Under the pieces are notes generated by a model. The model saw only the letters and a list, made by a program, of their open reading frames with translations. It had not been told where the DNA came from and did no database searches. From a virus, in IMG/VR virus record IMGVR_UViG_3300042542_005279, positions 1 to 64,000 of that record: 64,000 nucleotides of DNA; one strand, 5' to 3'. The position numbers and the translations under genes are program-made. How positions within the stretch are numbered: position 1 is the stretch's first letter; every line of letters begins with the position of its first letter. Below are positions 37,401 through 47,888 of the stretch, in pieces.

Positions 37401-40029
37401 TCAAAGTGCCCTTCTGATATGGTTCTTCTGTTAAAAGTATTACGACATTATCATAATGAAATCCTAAGTTGTCGTAATTATTAACAAGATTGGAAATTAA
37501 TGTACTTTGGTTATATTGATTTCCGACTAATTCGAAGTCGGAAGATAAATTTGTATTGTTTAATGTCCTGTTAAAACAAACTTTTATTTGATTTGTCCCT
37601 CCTCCCGCGTAGTAATTGTATGTTGTATTTCCTAAAGTAACACCAACCTGATTTAATGGTGATTCTTGAGTTGGGCTTATAGCACCTCTATTCAATCCAC
37701 TACCAAAAAATTTACCTTTAGCGTTCATCAAATTTATTCTTTCGTGGAACGGTAAATTTAAAGGGGTGTAATAATCTTGCACGGTTTGAGATGGGTCAAA
37801 AAGTTCTTCTCTACCAAAAACTAAATTAGCCGGTGTTCTAATTGACCAACCATAATTAGTATTTTGTGGTTGATATCCTGCATAAAATGTCTGAACAATC
37901 GGATTAAAATCAGTTGAGCCATTTTGTATGTTCGTTTCATAGTTTGTTGAATTCAAAATGTCAGCTAATACACTTCTATTTATAAATGGTGCTTGTGACT
38001 GAGCACTAGTTACACCTAATGGTAAACCAGGAGAAGCGGTAGTCGGGGCACAATCGCACAATTCACAATCAGGAAAAGTATACATTGGTAGATTGAATCC
38101 TGACAAACCATCTAATAATCTTTGCATATTTTCGATTGGCTTGTCGAGATTTACTAAGTTTTGATTATCATTTATTTTAGTTAAAAAGTCTATAATATCT
38201 TGTAGTAATTTACAAACAACGTGTAAAACTTTAACGAATATCTTCAATAAGACACTCAAAAAAATAATCAAAACAGAAAATATTGTGAAAATAAAATCAG
38301 GTTTGAATTGGACATCATTAGCAGGAAATTTATTAGTGGTGCTTCCACATTCATCATCAGTTATTGACTTTATACCTGAAAACCGCCTATTGAATGCACC
38401 TTTTGTATATCTTGTAATTAATTGTGAAATCGTATAAACTTTGTTATATGACATTTCATAAAATCTATCATCACAATTTATTGCCTCATTCAAATTAGGA
38501 TAATCGTCCCAAGAAATACTAAATTCATATGACCTTTTTAATTGAAAATATTCATATGTTAGATAACTTACTGTAAAAGTCGCCGGATTTTCACTATTAG
38601 TTAGTATACAACTACACGTTAGTTGTTGTCCAGGTTGTATAATTATATTATTTGTTTCAGATATTGGGTCACCGTTTATATAAAAACTAAGTGATTCAAC
38701 GTTATTTTTATTGCTAATCTGAATTACACCTTTATCATATACACCATTAGTAGGTACTGTGAAAAGTTGTCCTTGAAATATCGGTAATACTGTTAAAGTC
38801 ACAGGTTCTATCTCGAAAGTGCTTTTGATAGGGTCATTTGCAGAATTATCCCAACCGTATTCTTTTATATTAGGTATTAGAAAGTTTGCCCTCCTTATTG
38901 GTATTCCTAAATCAGGACTTTGGTTCCATTTTACTTTAAATCTATATTTGGCTTTGGTTGGTATTCCTTTTCTCTCATCGTTTGAAAAAACTTGTTCTCC
39001 AAATTCATTTGTTATTATGTAATCCAAATTCATTGGTATATCGAGTAACCAAGTGCCATTTTCGTCGATTACATTACCATTATTTTCTAATTCATATTCC
39101 TCTAATACCGGTCTACCATACTCATCTTGTTTTATTGTTTGTCTAATTGCTAAAATTTGACCAGGTGCCGTATATAATGAGCACATATTACCTGAACGTA
39201 ATGGTGGTTTACAGTTCTTTTTTATTGACCCTCTATCAGCGTCAGAAAATATTGACCCCATGAATATCGAAGTTGGTTTGATTTCTATATTATTTGAAGC
39301 GGTCAAATCAACGTCGGACCTTGTGATTGATATTTGACAATATTCATCATCTCCCCACAATGGATTTACAATTACATCTTGATTAATTGTTATAATTTGA
39401 GGTAATGACGTTATGTTTTCTGAAGTTCTAAACTTTGTTCCATTTACTTGGCTATCAGTTGCAATACCCAATCTGATTAAATCTTGTGGCGATTGTGAGA
39501 AAGGACCGATGTCTGATAAATCAACATTAATTACCATTCTATGACTACCAACTGGAAGTCCGAAAATCATAAAGTCACCACTATCATTTGTGGTTACAGT
39601 ATATTTGTAATATTTGTCATAGATTTCAACCGCAGTTGGATTAACTAAAACATCCTCTAAATCAGGAAACGAACCTGTTGCCACATGACCAGGATATGAT
39701 GGTTTGTAGGGTAACAAATTATATTTATATCCATCTTCATTTACGTCTTGGATACTTTTATAAGGGTATATTGAATTAATGATTGGATTAACCTCGTCTT
39801 GAGGTGTAATTGGAATAAAAATTCCTATTTTAGCGTTTGGTACTCCAAACCCATCATTTATTGATATTCTACCAACTAAAACACCATAATCGGCACATCT
39901 TCTCGTATAAAGTTCTTGTTGAGATAACTTTACAGATAAAATTTCAATAAATTCAAAATCTTGGTCTAAATTTAATGTTACTGTTTTATCTTTCCCGACC
40001 TCGGTTCTTATTCTTAATGATTTGGACAT
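34471..40029 (-). CDS. Very large structural protein with an N-terminal carboxypeptidase-regulatory-like (prealbumin-fold) domain and an internal hydrophobic helix
   Basis: GVLVGRI...GVPNAKIGI...TTNDSGDFMIFGLPVG; FIFTIFSVLIIFLSVLLKIF. Confidence 0.6.
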   Translation of the reverse strand: MSKSLRIRTEVGKDKTVTLNLDQDFEFIEILSVKLSQQELYTRRCADYGVLVGRISINDGFGVPNAKIGIFIPITPQDEVNPIINSIYPYKSIQDVNEDGYKYNLLPYKPSYPGHVATGSFPDLEDVLVNPTAVEIYDKYYKYTVTTNDSGDFMIFGLPVGSHRMVINVDLSDIGPFSQSPQDLIRLGIATDSQVNGTKFRTSENITSLPQIITINQDVIVNPLWGDDEYCQISITRSDVDLTASNNIEIKPTSIFMGSIFSDADRGSIKKNCKPPLRSGNMCSLYTAPGQILAIRQTIKQDEYGRPVLEEYELENNGNVIDENGTWLLDIPMNLDYIITNEFGEQVFSNDERKGIPTKAKYRFKVKWNQSPDLGIPIRRANFLIPNIKEYGWDNSANDPIKSTFEIEPVTLTVLPIFQGQLFTVPTNGVYDKGVIQISNKNNVESLSFYINGDPISETNNIIIQPGQQLTCSCILTNSENPATFTVSYLTYEYFQLKRSYEFSISWDDYPNLNEAINCDDRFYEMSYNKVYTISQLITRYTKGAFNRRFSGIKSITDDECGSTTNKFPANDVQFKPDFIFTIFSVLIIFLSVLLKIFVKVLHVVCKLLQDIIDFLTKINDNQNLVNLDKPIENMQRLLDGLSGFNLPMYTFPDCELCDCAPTTASPGLPLGVTSAQSQAPFINRSVLADILNSTNYETNIQNGSTDFNPIVQTFYAGYQPQNTNYGWSIRTPANLVFGREELFDPSQTVQDYYTPLNLPFHERINLMNAKGKFFGSGLNRGAISPTQESPLNQVGVTLGNTTYNYYAGGGTNQIKVCFNRTLNNTNLSSDFELVGNQYNQSTLISNLVNNYDNLGFHYDNVVILLTEEPYQKGTLMTFDNPFDYRDLNLSGDVLNQFGTYSTTGTSINNGISQIYVSHTHPLTGKRLRTKYNISGDTTQNQFLRFPTGIEYFQVIDSMKGQAFIDQFWGGTYDARDKMNSFTPYTRLFVQGIQILSGRYFSTTDGFGDGFTWDWTNVDSPYNIYADKGALYVTILMRGVDPHSTAQPMKIGLGRLFGKQNHWSYSVEGNFKMNIPLQPNDGLDFGLAPSDNSQTTAVDFAHRCTRHNFVGTNNEANQIDGNYTKGRLFFKSYHFKPSQQNWEPFNTTSVFNYIKTSEDDYGVNMVAGYPPTVFQSDQQPSYLRQLSSFYTFNATNSGRGLRIGINNFYTRNNYDGIDAQLGIPTATNTSGDEIRFKWSYQPGEPVEGIPFMCLNGGNLDDGLPSFARNIYRFLRLQPIYYSRRYDPAASTFTMTNAERIVMRSDRLPTSDIYQGVGPNSYGGMSNGNFKIYEVPIEGIVTSGETQPAQLSFQVNEPEQPEVGETPNVISDILSSFSCQSLVPLNCYQPTSNGESVQIAPISNCTYVSVTDRDGDTFNTQFFVQGSCYELVRRPYNQKDNVKNDRELINEWASRININFGACREVFSHLFVNNWINGTLFAIPFKTTRFFTGPNDNPPNQPYNKFCNDITFLHPETFNFYYRSAPFKESSGGGFFVGREGNKVLNQFVGNTKNHMYPTTIMDLGPRDELQKYLSQSGNWDGYIMNLLSPTTFGDTSELLNIFVLSRLANTSFTSLFKSRGSSVLKFFDTRKKRFVDGDFAQLIATNSQFGVDAYDPENYPEPPPNSNLSSSLYLRTNFGSPKDVVFGIFYNGNEQARDYISPNRTIYNEDAQIGDVCASQDIPITTQEVPFYLWSINDNTSRSNIFGNQGNDWKWDSFSYRYQKIDRLLPYNISRMYKPNTTNIIKYQKGWIYNVENVYNQYTEQLDYDPEPYIGGGPFLFGAPFYFYFGLTNGASAFDRFAAKWIDTEGLE

Positions 40030-40101
40030 TCAATACTTTTTGAATAAATAGTTTATAATCTATTTTCAAAAAATAGTTTAAGTAATTGAAAAATAAATTT
40101 A

Positions 40102-41940
40102 TTAACTGAAATTAACAGTTTTTAGATTCTTGACTCTAACGCTGATGTCTTTACCAGGAAACCTGACTTGGTATGTTTGTGATGGTTCAGCGAATATCGT
40201 TTCATCAATTAATTCAATTTGTTTAGTTGCTGAGTCAGAGTATCTTTGTGAAGTTTGTGAAGATGAGTATTGTCCTCCCACTAAGTTAAAGACATCAATC
40301 TGTGCTACTGTAACTACACCATTTAGGTTTTGAATATCCTTTTTGATTTCTGAGACATACACGTTTTGTCCCATTTCACGATTACTTGGTGAGAAGTAGT
40401 TAGAAATAATATCTACGATTTGAGTGATAATTGAACCTTGATTTTGACCACCGTCTAATACTACATAAACATCAAATTTAAGGTCAATAACTTGAGCACT
40501 TTCAATTGATACGTAATCATTAATCATTCTGTAATTTGACAAATAATTTGCAAGGTTTGATTTAATGGTGTTTGATAGTACGTTAGTTAATTTACCCGTG
40601 GAATCATAAGATAAACATTGTATTCTGATTTTGTTATCTTGTTCTATAATTGCGACTTTTGCAGGTGCTCCGAACTGTGACGGCATACCACGTATAATCG
40701 ACTCGTAGTCATTAATTGTAACCGCTCTTTTTTGTGCTGCAAAATTATATGTTACATAATTTCTTACTTCCTCTACCGTTGGGAAATTTGCACCTCCAAT
40801 TGCTGCGGTTGTATTAGTACAATTCAAAGAGTTAATAACTGATGTGTTTTGTGATTGAGATGGTCCATTAACTGCAAAATTAATAGTACCCAATTGATTA
40901 ATTACATTAACACCAACATTACTACTTATACCACCACCCACTCTATATTGAATAAACAATGTTGAGTTTGCCTTTAGAGTACTTCCCAACGCTAAGTTGT
41001 TTGAATATTTCTGTAAGTTAAGTGGATTTCCTGTTGCTGCGAACTCTCTTAATTGTTCATCAGCGGATTGACTACCTCCACCGAAAGTTAATTTAAAAAA
41101 TCCTTCAGGGGTAAATTCTGTAATAAATTTGTTGCTTGTAGAGATATATTTACCTACCTTTATACCAGGTTGGTCAGACGCTTTGGTTGGGTCTTCTACG
41201 AAAACCTTATCTTGTATTAACGCATCTACCTCATACCATCTCCCGTTTGTTCCCAAAAAATCTTGGTCATTAGGTACATTAGCATATTGAGTTCCGTCTT
41301 TTAGTAACACACTTGTAACCCCCAAAACATTTTTTTCAGGTAGGAATAATTCAAAAAATGGCACAACATCGTTTGGTAAAATAGTTCTTTTGAAAACTTT
41401 TGTGATACCATTTACTACGGTTTCTCTTTTTGTGATTGTATAGTTTAATATATTACCGTTAGAATCTAAATTAGGAATTTTTGTTCTGTTAGGGAACCCT
41501 TCATTATTGAATGGTGATGTGAAATCTATATCATATACGGTTTCAAATGTTTGTCCTGCGCCTTGAACTTGTGAGCCTCGTCTTATAACACCACAATACC
41601 TAATATCTTCTTTATCTCCAAACGCTGGAACAATGATTGAAAAATCAACCAAAGCAACAGATGGTCTTTGTCCCGGTACTTTTAATCCGTAAGTTCTTGC
41701 AATGTTATAAATTGATGAACGTTGCTGCGCATATTGTAAAACAGTTTCTTGGATACTTCTGTCAATCTGAAATTGTAAGTTGTCTGATACCGCAGCGTTT
41801 AAATCCAACAAAACTGAAAATACAGATGCATCATTTACATTGGCAAGTAAGTCAGGATAATATGTTCTTACAAAATTAATTAATTCAGTCCTAATTGATT
41901 GAAAATCTCTGACTGTATATGATATTTTTTTATTAGCCAT
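40102..41940 (-). CDS. Baseplate wedge subunit (T4 gp6 / baseplate J-like)
   Basis: YTVRDFQSIRTEL; AQQRSSIYNIARTYG; LTFGGG; YRVGGG; AQKRAVTINDYE. Confidence 0.88.
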   Translation of the reverse strand: MANKKISYTVRDFQSIRTELINFVRTYYPDLLANVNDASVFSVLLDLNAAVSDNLQFQIDRSIQETVLQYAQQRSSIYNIARTYGLKVPGQRPSVALVDFSIIVPAFGDKEDIRYCGVIRRGSQVQGAGQTFETVYDIDFTSPFNNEGFPNRTKIPNLDSNGNILNYTITKRETVVNGITKVFKRTILPNDVVPFFELFLPEKNVLGVTSVLLKDGTQYANVPNDQDFLGTNGRWYEVDALIQDKVFVEDPTKASDQPGIKVGKYISTSNKFITEFTPEGFFKLTFGGGSQSADEQLREFAATGNPLNLQKYSNNLALGSTLKANSTLFIQYRVGGGISSNVGVNVINQLGTINFAVNGPSQSQNTSVINSLNCTNTTAAIGGANFPTVEEVRNYVTYNFAAQKRAVTINDYESIIRGMPSQFGAPAKVAIIEQDNKIRIQCLSYDSTGKLTNVLSNTIKSNLANYLSNYRMINDYVSIESAQVIDLKFDVYVVLDGGQNQGSIITQIVDIISNYFSPSNREMGQNVYVSEIKKDIQNLNGVVTVAQIDVFNLVGGQYSSSQTSQRYSDSATKQIELIDETIFAEPSQTYQVRFPGKDISVRVKNLKTVNFS

Positions 41941-41944
41941 ATTT

Positions 41945-42403
41945 TTATATATTAATTATTATAAAATCACTTGATTCAAAAGCATTTGATGTAACAACAA
42001 AGTCAATTCTTACTTTTGCGGTATGTTCTTTTGTTCCTATACCAGGCACCCTGAAAACTCTTTCGTCTCCCGATATTACAGTTCTTTCGTCACTTTCTTC
42101 CTCTGTTGATGCATCATACACTTGAAGGTTGGTTATTTTAAGATTGGGAATATATTTCTGAACTGAATCTCTAATTTCCGCATCTATTTGAGAAAATGTA
42201 GGTCCATCCATAGGTTCAAAAATATATTCATATAACCTTGTTCCGAAATCTGGTAGAAAATATCTAGTACCTCTTCTTGTTAATAATAGATGTATTAAAT
42301 CCGTCCTCAACTCTTCATCAGGTTTAGTTGATAAATCCAAATATCTACCATCGTTAGAATCTCTAAATGGGAAATTTATACCATATGTAACTCCGTTTGC
42401 CAT
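41945..42403 (-). CDS. Baseplate protein gp25/GpW-like
   Basis: GINFPF; LLLTRRGTRYFLPDFGTRLYEYIFEP. Confidence 0.9.
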   Translation of the reverse strand: MANGVTYGINFPFRDSNDGRYLDLSTKPDEELRTDLIHLLLTRRGTRYFLPDFGTRLYEYIFEPMDGPTFSQIDAEIRDSVQKYIPNLKITNLQVYDASTEEESDERTVISGDERVFRVPGIGTKEHTAKVRIDFVVTSNAFESSDFIIINI

Positions 42404-42421
42404 ACCTATAAATATAGAATA

Positions 42422-43048
42422 TTAAATTTTGTTTTCATTAATATCATAATAATAACTATCCCCATCCTCAGAAATCCATCTATCTGAACTTGTTTCAACC
42501 GATGGTAATGAATTATCAACTTTTATGTCTTTTAAATTCAGTGGAAACTCAGTTGTTATCCAATTGGAATCTTTCCAAAATATTCTGTTATTTGGTTGAC
42601 ATAAAAGATACCCATCGTCTGACACAAGTAAATGACCACACTTATAATCAGATGGTTCATCTGAGTAAGCATTATCAAACCAATCTATTGTCATCATATA
42701 TGTCACCCAAACTTTTGATTTATCTTTTAATAAGACCTCAGCCCTTTTACCTTTCAAAAATTCATATTCCGTTATACTAACGTTTTCTGAAAAACAATCC
42801 CATAGTTGTTTGAAATGAAATGGTATATCCTCGGTTGGTTCTTTAAGAAAAATCTCAGAAATTGGAACTCTTGACCTTAACATTCCATAATCTGTCATGA
42901 CATGAAAAGTTAATATTTTACCTGATACAGATTGAATACCGAAGGCATAACCATTGTGGAACTTATCTCGGTCTTTATCATTTTTAGTGAAGTGGGATAC
43001 TCTGATTAAGCACTTAAAACTTTTGATATTTTCGTTAAGTGTCGCCAT
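42422..43048 (-). CDS. Conserved phage protein of unknown function (QLWDCFS / QPNNRI type)
   Basis: Motifs VPIS, QLWDCFS, YKCGH, QPNNRIFW; start ATG 43048 supported by TATTTATA at 43054-43061 and the upstream terminator. Confidence 0.7.
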   Translation of the reverse strand: MATLNENIKSFKCLIRVSHFTKNDKDRDKFHNGYAFGIQSVSGKILTFHVMTDYGMLRSRVPISEIFLKEPTEDIPFHFKQLWDCFSENVSITEYEFLKGKRAEVLLKDKSKVWVTYMMTIDWFDNAYSDEPSDYKCGHLLVSDDGYLLCQPNNRIFWKDSNWITTEFPLNLKDIKVDNSLPSVETSSDRWISEDGDSYYYDINENKI

Positions 43049-43070
43049 TTTATTATAAATATCCCAAAAC

Positions 43071-43095
43071 AAAAAATCCCGATTTCTCGGGATTT
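43071..43095 (-). terminator. Intrinsic terminator after nrdA
   Basis: AAATCCCGA-TTTC-TCGGGATTT hairpin followed by a U-run on the - strand. Confidence 0.8.
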
Positions 43096-43098
43096 ATG

Positions 43099-45519
43099 TT
43101 ATGCTGAACATCCAAAACATTCGACCAAACTACTGTCGGGTCTTGGAGGTAAGTTCATTTTACTGTAATCAACATCAGGTAATGGTTGTGGTTTTGACTC
43201 TTTACTAATATCAACCGCCAAGTGTTTTGCCCCTGTTGATATAGCCTTTGTTCTAACGTAATAACACATAGTTTTTAATCCGTTTTCCCAAGCCCTAAAG
43301 TGAGATGAAGTGATTTTTGATACTGTTGGATTTGCCAAATAGATATTCATTGATTGAGATTGGTCGATAAATGGTGCTCTATCAGATGCCATATCAATTA
43401 ATTCTTTTTGTGAAATCTCCCAAATCGTTTTGTATTTTTTCAACAAATGTTCAATTCTTTTTACTTTTTTGTTGTAGTTTTTATCCTCAGCGTCCAAGTA
43501 TTTGTTGAAATTAATTGATTGGATTGAACCTTCATTTATAATAATTTCGTTTTTAACTTGTTCGGTCCAAATACCAATTTTTTCAAAGTCGGTAATTAGA
43601 TATTTGTTAACAATCATGATTTCTCCACCAACAACTCGTCTGTTAAATAATGCTGAGTGAGCGGGTTCTGTCATTTCATAAGACCCTGTGATTTTAGCTG
43701 ATGACGCAACTGGCATCTGAGCGGTGGTAAGTGAATTACAAACACCAAAGAATTTAACACTTTCTTTAAGTGAGTTCCAATCCCACATTCCTGACAAATC
43801 ACTCTCATTTAATCCCCACATATCAAATTGGAATACTCCTTGAGACATTGGCGACCCTTTAAAGAAGTCATACGGTAAATATTCTGCAGTTTTGCACAAG
43901 TTATTTGACTCGTAAATCGCTCCGTAATAGATAGTTTCAAAGATTTGTTTGTTAAGTTTTTTCGCTTCATCAGAAGTGAAAACATAATCCATTAAATAAA
44001 ATACATCTGCCAATCCTTGAGTTCCGATACCAATAGCACGCTGCTCTAATCCACCTTTTTTACCTTTTTCTGTTGAGTAATAGTTGATATCAATAACTTT
44101 ATTAAGTGCTCTTACAACTTTACGAGTTTCTTCAAACAATCTTTGGAAATTAAACTTTCCGTCCTCAACAAAGTTCTTCAAAATCATAGAAGATAGTGTA
44201 CAAATCGCTGTTGTTTTTTCATCAGTATATTGGTAAATCTCATTACACAAGTTAGATTGTTTGATTACACCGATATTTTGATGGTTTGTCTTTTTGTTAG
44301 CGTTATCTTTTGAACAAAGGTATGGAACACCAGTTTCAATTTGTGATTCAATAATCTTATACCATAACTCTTGAGCCTTGATTTTTTTACCAATACCTAA
44401 ACTTACGGCTTTGTTATAGATTTCTTCGTATTCATCACCGTAACACTCTTGGAGTGGTTTTAATCCCGCTTTACTAATGTCATCAGGACAGAATAAATAC
44501 CAATCTGATGACTCACGAACCGCTCTCATAAAGTTATCAGGTAACCACAAAGATGTGAAAAGGTCTCTCGCTCTTAACTCTTCAGGACCTGTGTTTTTCT
44601 TAATATCCAAAAGGTCAAAAATGTCTTTATGCCAAGGTTCAATATAGATGGCCGCACTTCCCGGTCTTCTTCCTTGTTGGTTAAAGAACCTCAATGATTC
44701 ATTTACGATTTTAAGATACTTCAATAATCCACCGGCAAATCCACCTGATGAAGAAATTCGTGTATCTTTTGACCTTAAATTACTCATACAAAGTCCGATA
44801 CCTGCAGCATCAGATGAATATGTTGAGATATCTTTTAATGTGTCTAACAAACCTACTCTTGAGTCGTCGTTATTGTAGTGTAATACACAAGATGCTAGTT
44901 GAGGTACTTTGGTTCCCGCATTAATCATAATAGGAGTTGCAGGGGAAATAAGTTGGTTTGACAGGGAATTATAGTATTCAACAGCCTCTTCAAAAGATTT
45001 TGTAACCCATAACGCGACTCTCATATACATATGTTGAGGTCTTTCAACTGACACACCATTTGAGTTCTTTAGTAGATACATCTCTTGTAGTGAACGCCAA
45101 GCAAAGTAATCAAAGTTATAATCCAATTCGTGGTTAATTACCTCATCAATTTTGTCTTTACCATAGTATTTCATAGTTAAAATAAGGTCTTCATTAATGA
45201 TACCCTCCTTATTTAAACTTTCCATAACCTCTGAAAAACTTGGGTTTGTTTCTTTGTGGTATGATGAAATCGCAACGGTTGCTGCCAATCTACTATAATC
45301 GTAGTGACTACCAGTATAAGCCGCAGAAATCTCATAAACCAACTTGTCCAAATCCTTAGTGGTGATTTTACCTTCAGTTGGAACGGATGTGATTACTTTA
45401 ATGAATATTTCGTCTGAATTTACGTTAAGTGACTTAGACGCCTTTTTAATACGGTTGTATATTTTGGTGGGGTTGAAGGCTACTTCTTCCCCACCTTTTT
45501 TAATAATTGTTAATGACAT
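43099..45519 (-). CDS. nrdA: Ribonucleotide reductase class Ia alpha subunit with ATP cone
   Basis: N-terminal cone; SPATP, LASC, SNLCNEI, ICTL, AQMPVASS, GLKTMCYYVR; C-terminal CFGCSA. Confidence 0.97.
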   Translation of the reverse strand: MSLTIIKKGGEEVAFNPTKIYNRIKKASKSLNVNSDEIFIKVITSVPTEGKITTKDLDKLVYEISAAYTGSHYDYSRLAATVAISSYHKETNPSFSEVMESLNKEGIINEDLILTMKYYGKDKIDEVINHELDYNFDYFAWRSLQEMYLLKNSNGVSVERPQHMYMRVALWVTKSFEEAVEYYNSLSNQLISPATPIMINAGTKVPQLASCVLHYNNDDSRVGLLDTLKDISTYSSDAAGIGLCMSNLRSKDTRISSSGGFAGGLLKYLKIVNESLRFFNQQGRRPGSAAIYIEPWHKDIFDLLDIKKNTGPEELRARDLFTSLWLPDNFMRAVRESSDWYLFCPDDISKAGLKPLQECYGDEYEEIYNKAVSLGIGKKIKAQELWYKIIESQIETGVPYLCSKDNANKKTNHQNIGVIKQSNLCNEIYQYTDEKTTAICTLSSMILKNFVEDGKFNFQRLFEETRKVVRALNKVIDINYYSTEKGKKGGLEQRAIGIGTQGLADVFYLMDYVFTSDEAKKLNKQIFETIYYGAIYESNNLCKTAEYLPYDFFKGSPMSQGVFQFDMWGLNESDLSGMWDWNSLKESVKFFGVCNSLTTAQMPVASSAKITGSYEMTEPAHSALFNRRVVGGEIMIVNKYLITDFEKIGIWTEQVKNEIIINEGSIQSINFNKYLDAEDKNYNKKVKRIEHLLKKYKTIWEISQKELIDMASDRAPFIDQSQSMNIYLANPTVSKITSSHFRAWENGLKTMCYYVRTKAISTGAKHLAVDISKESKPQPLPDVDYSKMNLPPRPDSSLVECFGCSA

Positions 45520-45529
45520 AGTTTATAGT

Positions 45530-46477
45530 TTAAAAATCCTCATCAAATGAGATTGCCTCGTTAAGTTTTGCTTTTTGATACTCGATAGTTCTACTTTCAA
45601 AGAAATTACCTTTGGTTTCTACAGCAATTTGTTCCATAAATTTAAATGGTTGTTCTACGTTAAATTCTTTTTTACACCCAAATTTAACTAAAAGTCCATC
45701 AACAACAAACTCTAAGTATTGTTTCATTAGGTTTTGGTTCATACCAATTAATGAAACAGGTAATGATTCTGTAATAAATTCCTTCTCAATCTCAAGTGCT
45801 GACAACAATATCTCCTTGATTCTTTTTTCTGATATTTTGTTTTCTATATGATTGTTAAATAAATGAATAGCGAAATCACAATGTAGGTTTTCGTCTTTGA
45901 AAATCAAGGCGTTTGCGTTACACAATCCTTGCATAATACCTCTTGATTTTAACCAAAAGATTGAACAGAATGAACCTGAAAAGAAGATACCCTCAACTGC
46001 TGCGAAAGCAACTAACCTCTCTTGGAAAGATGCGTTATTAATCCAATTAAGAGCCCAATTCGCCTTCTTTTGAACCGCAGGGAGATGCTCGATTGCTCTG
46101 AAACATTCCAACTTTTCTTTTGGGTCGTTAATATATGTGTCAATTAATAATGAATACATCAGTGAGTGGATGTTTTCCATCGCGAGTTGAAATCCGTAGA
46201 AAAACTTAGCCTCGGGATACTGAACTTCTCTGTAGAAATTTTCAGCCAAGTTCTCGTTAACGATACCATCAGAGGCGGCAAAAAACGATAATACATTTTT
46301 TACGAAATACTTTTCATTTTCTGATAGTTTTTCCCAATCTCTAATGTCCGTACTCAAATCCACTTCCTCAGCGGTCCAAAATGCCGACTGATGTTTTTTG
46401 TAAAAATCCCAAATGTCGTGATATTCAATAGGGAATATGACAAACCTGTTAGGGTTCTCTTTTAATATTTTTTCCAT
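45530..46477 (-). CDS. nrdB: Ribonucleotide reductase class Ia beta subunit
   Basis: [51 protein letters not shown]. Confidence 0.97.
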   Translation of the reverse strand: MEKILKENPNRFVIFPIEYHDIWDFYKKHQSAFWTAEEVDLSTDIRDWEKLSENEKYFVKNVLSFFAASDGIVNENLAENFYREVQYPEAKFFYGFQLAMENIHSLMYSLLIDTYINDPKEKLECFRAIEHLPAVQKKANWALNWINNASFQERLVAFAAVEGIFFSGSFCSIFWLKSRGIMQGLCNANALIFKDENLHCDFAIHLFNNHIENKISEKRIKEILLSALEIEKEFITESLPVSLIGMNQNLMKQYLEFVVDGLLVKFGCKKEFNVEQPFKFMEQIAVETKGNFFESRTIEYQKAKLNEAISFDEDF

Positions 46478-46479
46478 AA

Positions 46480-47859
46480 TTAATTAACTTGTTGTTTTTC
46501 TTTTCTTTTATCCATCAATTCTTTCATTCTTTGACGACGCTTTTCTTCTTGGTTTTCTTCGTGACCCAAGAATGTTGTGGATGATTCAACATCAATCTCT
46601 AACATCGCATTATCAAATTTACAATTTTCAAAGATGACACCATCGTCACCGATACGAGATTTTGTAATCGCAATTGTTGCCAATTTCATCTCTTTTTGTT
46701 GTAAGGTTTTCGCCACCGATATGATAACGTGACCTACTTGTGCTTTCTTAATTGAACCCCCCATTTGGTCTGTGGTTACGACCTCTGATGAAATAGATGA
46801 CCTATTTCCTTGTGTTGCGGTCCAACCCACCAAAGATAGTTCGTGACACATTGCTTCAAACCCTCTCATTACTGACCCCTCACTTTTCCACTCATCTTCA
46901 AGTTGTCTGTCAGGTAAAACACAATCAATGTAGTCCAATAAAATCATATCGATTTGTTGTCCGTCAGCAATTAACTTTCGAATTGAGTTTTTGATTTGAT
47001 TCATAGACAAAGTATCGGAAGCATATTTTTGCAAAATTAACTTATTATTCATAGTTCCTTCAACTTCTTTTACCTTTTTCAAAACTTCTTCTTTCTTGAG
47101 TGTTAAATCGTCGGGATGTATTCCTGTCCATAGAACAATATGTTTTCTTTGAATAATCTTTGGGTTGTCTTCAAAGAATATCTGTAACACATTGTATCCC
47201 ATATTAAACGCATGGTTTGCTACTTTAGTTAGTAAAGTGGATTTACCCACACCCGTAGGTGCTAAGATAACACCAATTTCTCCTTTTGCCAAACCACCTT
47301 TTAATAATCTGTCAATACCTGGGATACCCATAGGTATTGGGTGTCTGTAATCCTCATTCAATACCTCATCCAAGTTTGAGAACACATCCATAAGGGATGT
47401 CTCTCTTTCACCTACTTGTAATGCGGATTTAAATAATTCTTCAATTGTGTCATAACTTTCAAACTCCCCTCCGTCGATGATTTTTTGAGCCTTTGTCATA
47501 GCCTTTGAAACTTCTTGTTGTTTACAGAATTTCAAAGCCTTTTCTTGTACGAACTGTGGACCGTCAATGTTAACGTCCTTGATTTTTTTCACAGTATCGA
47601 GTACAACTTTCGCTACCATTTCTTGGGGTAGTTCGCTCCTTGTAATCTGATTTAGAGTTTCAAAAGATGGTGTAACTTCGTATTTCTTATAATACTCCTT
47701 AACCATTTGTAGGATGATTTTGAAGTATTTGTTCTCGAAATAACTAGGTTCAATAACATCAACAATAGAGTGGGCGAAGTCCTTATCTACAACAATCTGA
47801 TTAAGTAATTGTAATTGAAATGATTGTCCTAAATATTCAAAATTTTTCTCGGTCGCCAT
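46480..47859 (-). CDS. dnaB: Replicative DnaB/gp41-like helicase
   Basis: [34 protein letters not shown]. Confidence 0.92.
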   Translation of the reverse strand: MATEKNFEYLGQSFQLQLLNQIVVDKDFAHSIVDVIEPSYFENKYFKIILQMVKEYYKKYEVTPSFETLNQITRSELPQEMVAKVVLDTVKKIKDVNIDGPQFVQEKALKFCKQQEVSKAMTKAQKIIDGGEFESYDTIEELFKSALQVGERETSLMDVFSNLDEVLNEDYRHPIPMGIPGIDRLLKGGLAKGEIGVILAPTGVGKSTLLTKVANHAFNMGYNVLQIFFEDNPKIIQRKHIVLWTGIHPDDLTLKKEEVLKKVKEVEGTMNNKLILQKYASDTLSMNQIKNSIRKLIADGQQIDMILLDYIDCVLPDRQLEDEWKSEGSVMRGFEAMCHELSLVGWTATQGNRSSISSEVVTTDQMGGSIKKAQVGHVIISVAKTLQQKEMKLATIAITKSRIGDDGVIFENCKFDNAMLEIDVESSTTFLGHEENQEEKRRQRMKELMDKRKEKQQVN

Positions 47860-47888
47860 ATAAAATCTCCTTGATGTATTGATAAATA

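Noticed and set aside
43099-47859. Inteins or introns in nrdA, nrdB or the helicase
   Set aside because: Lengths are normal and motifs contiguous; no intein or homing-endonuclease signatures
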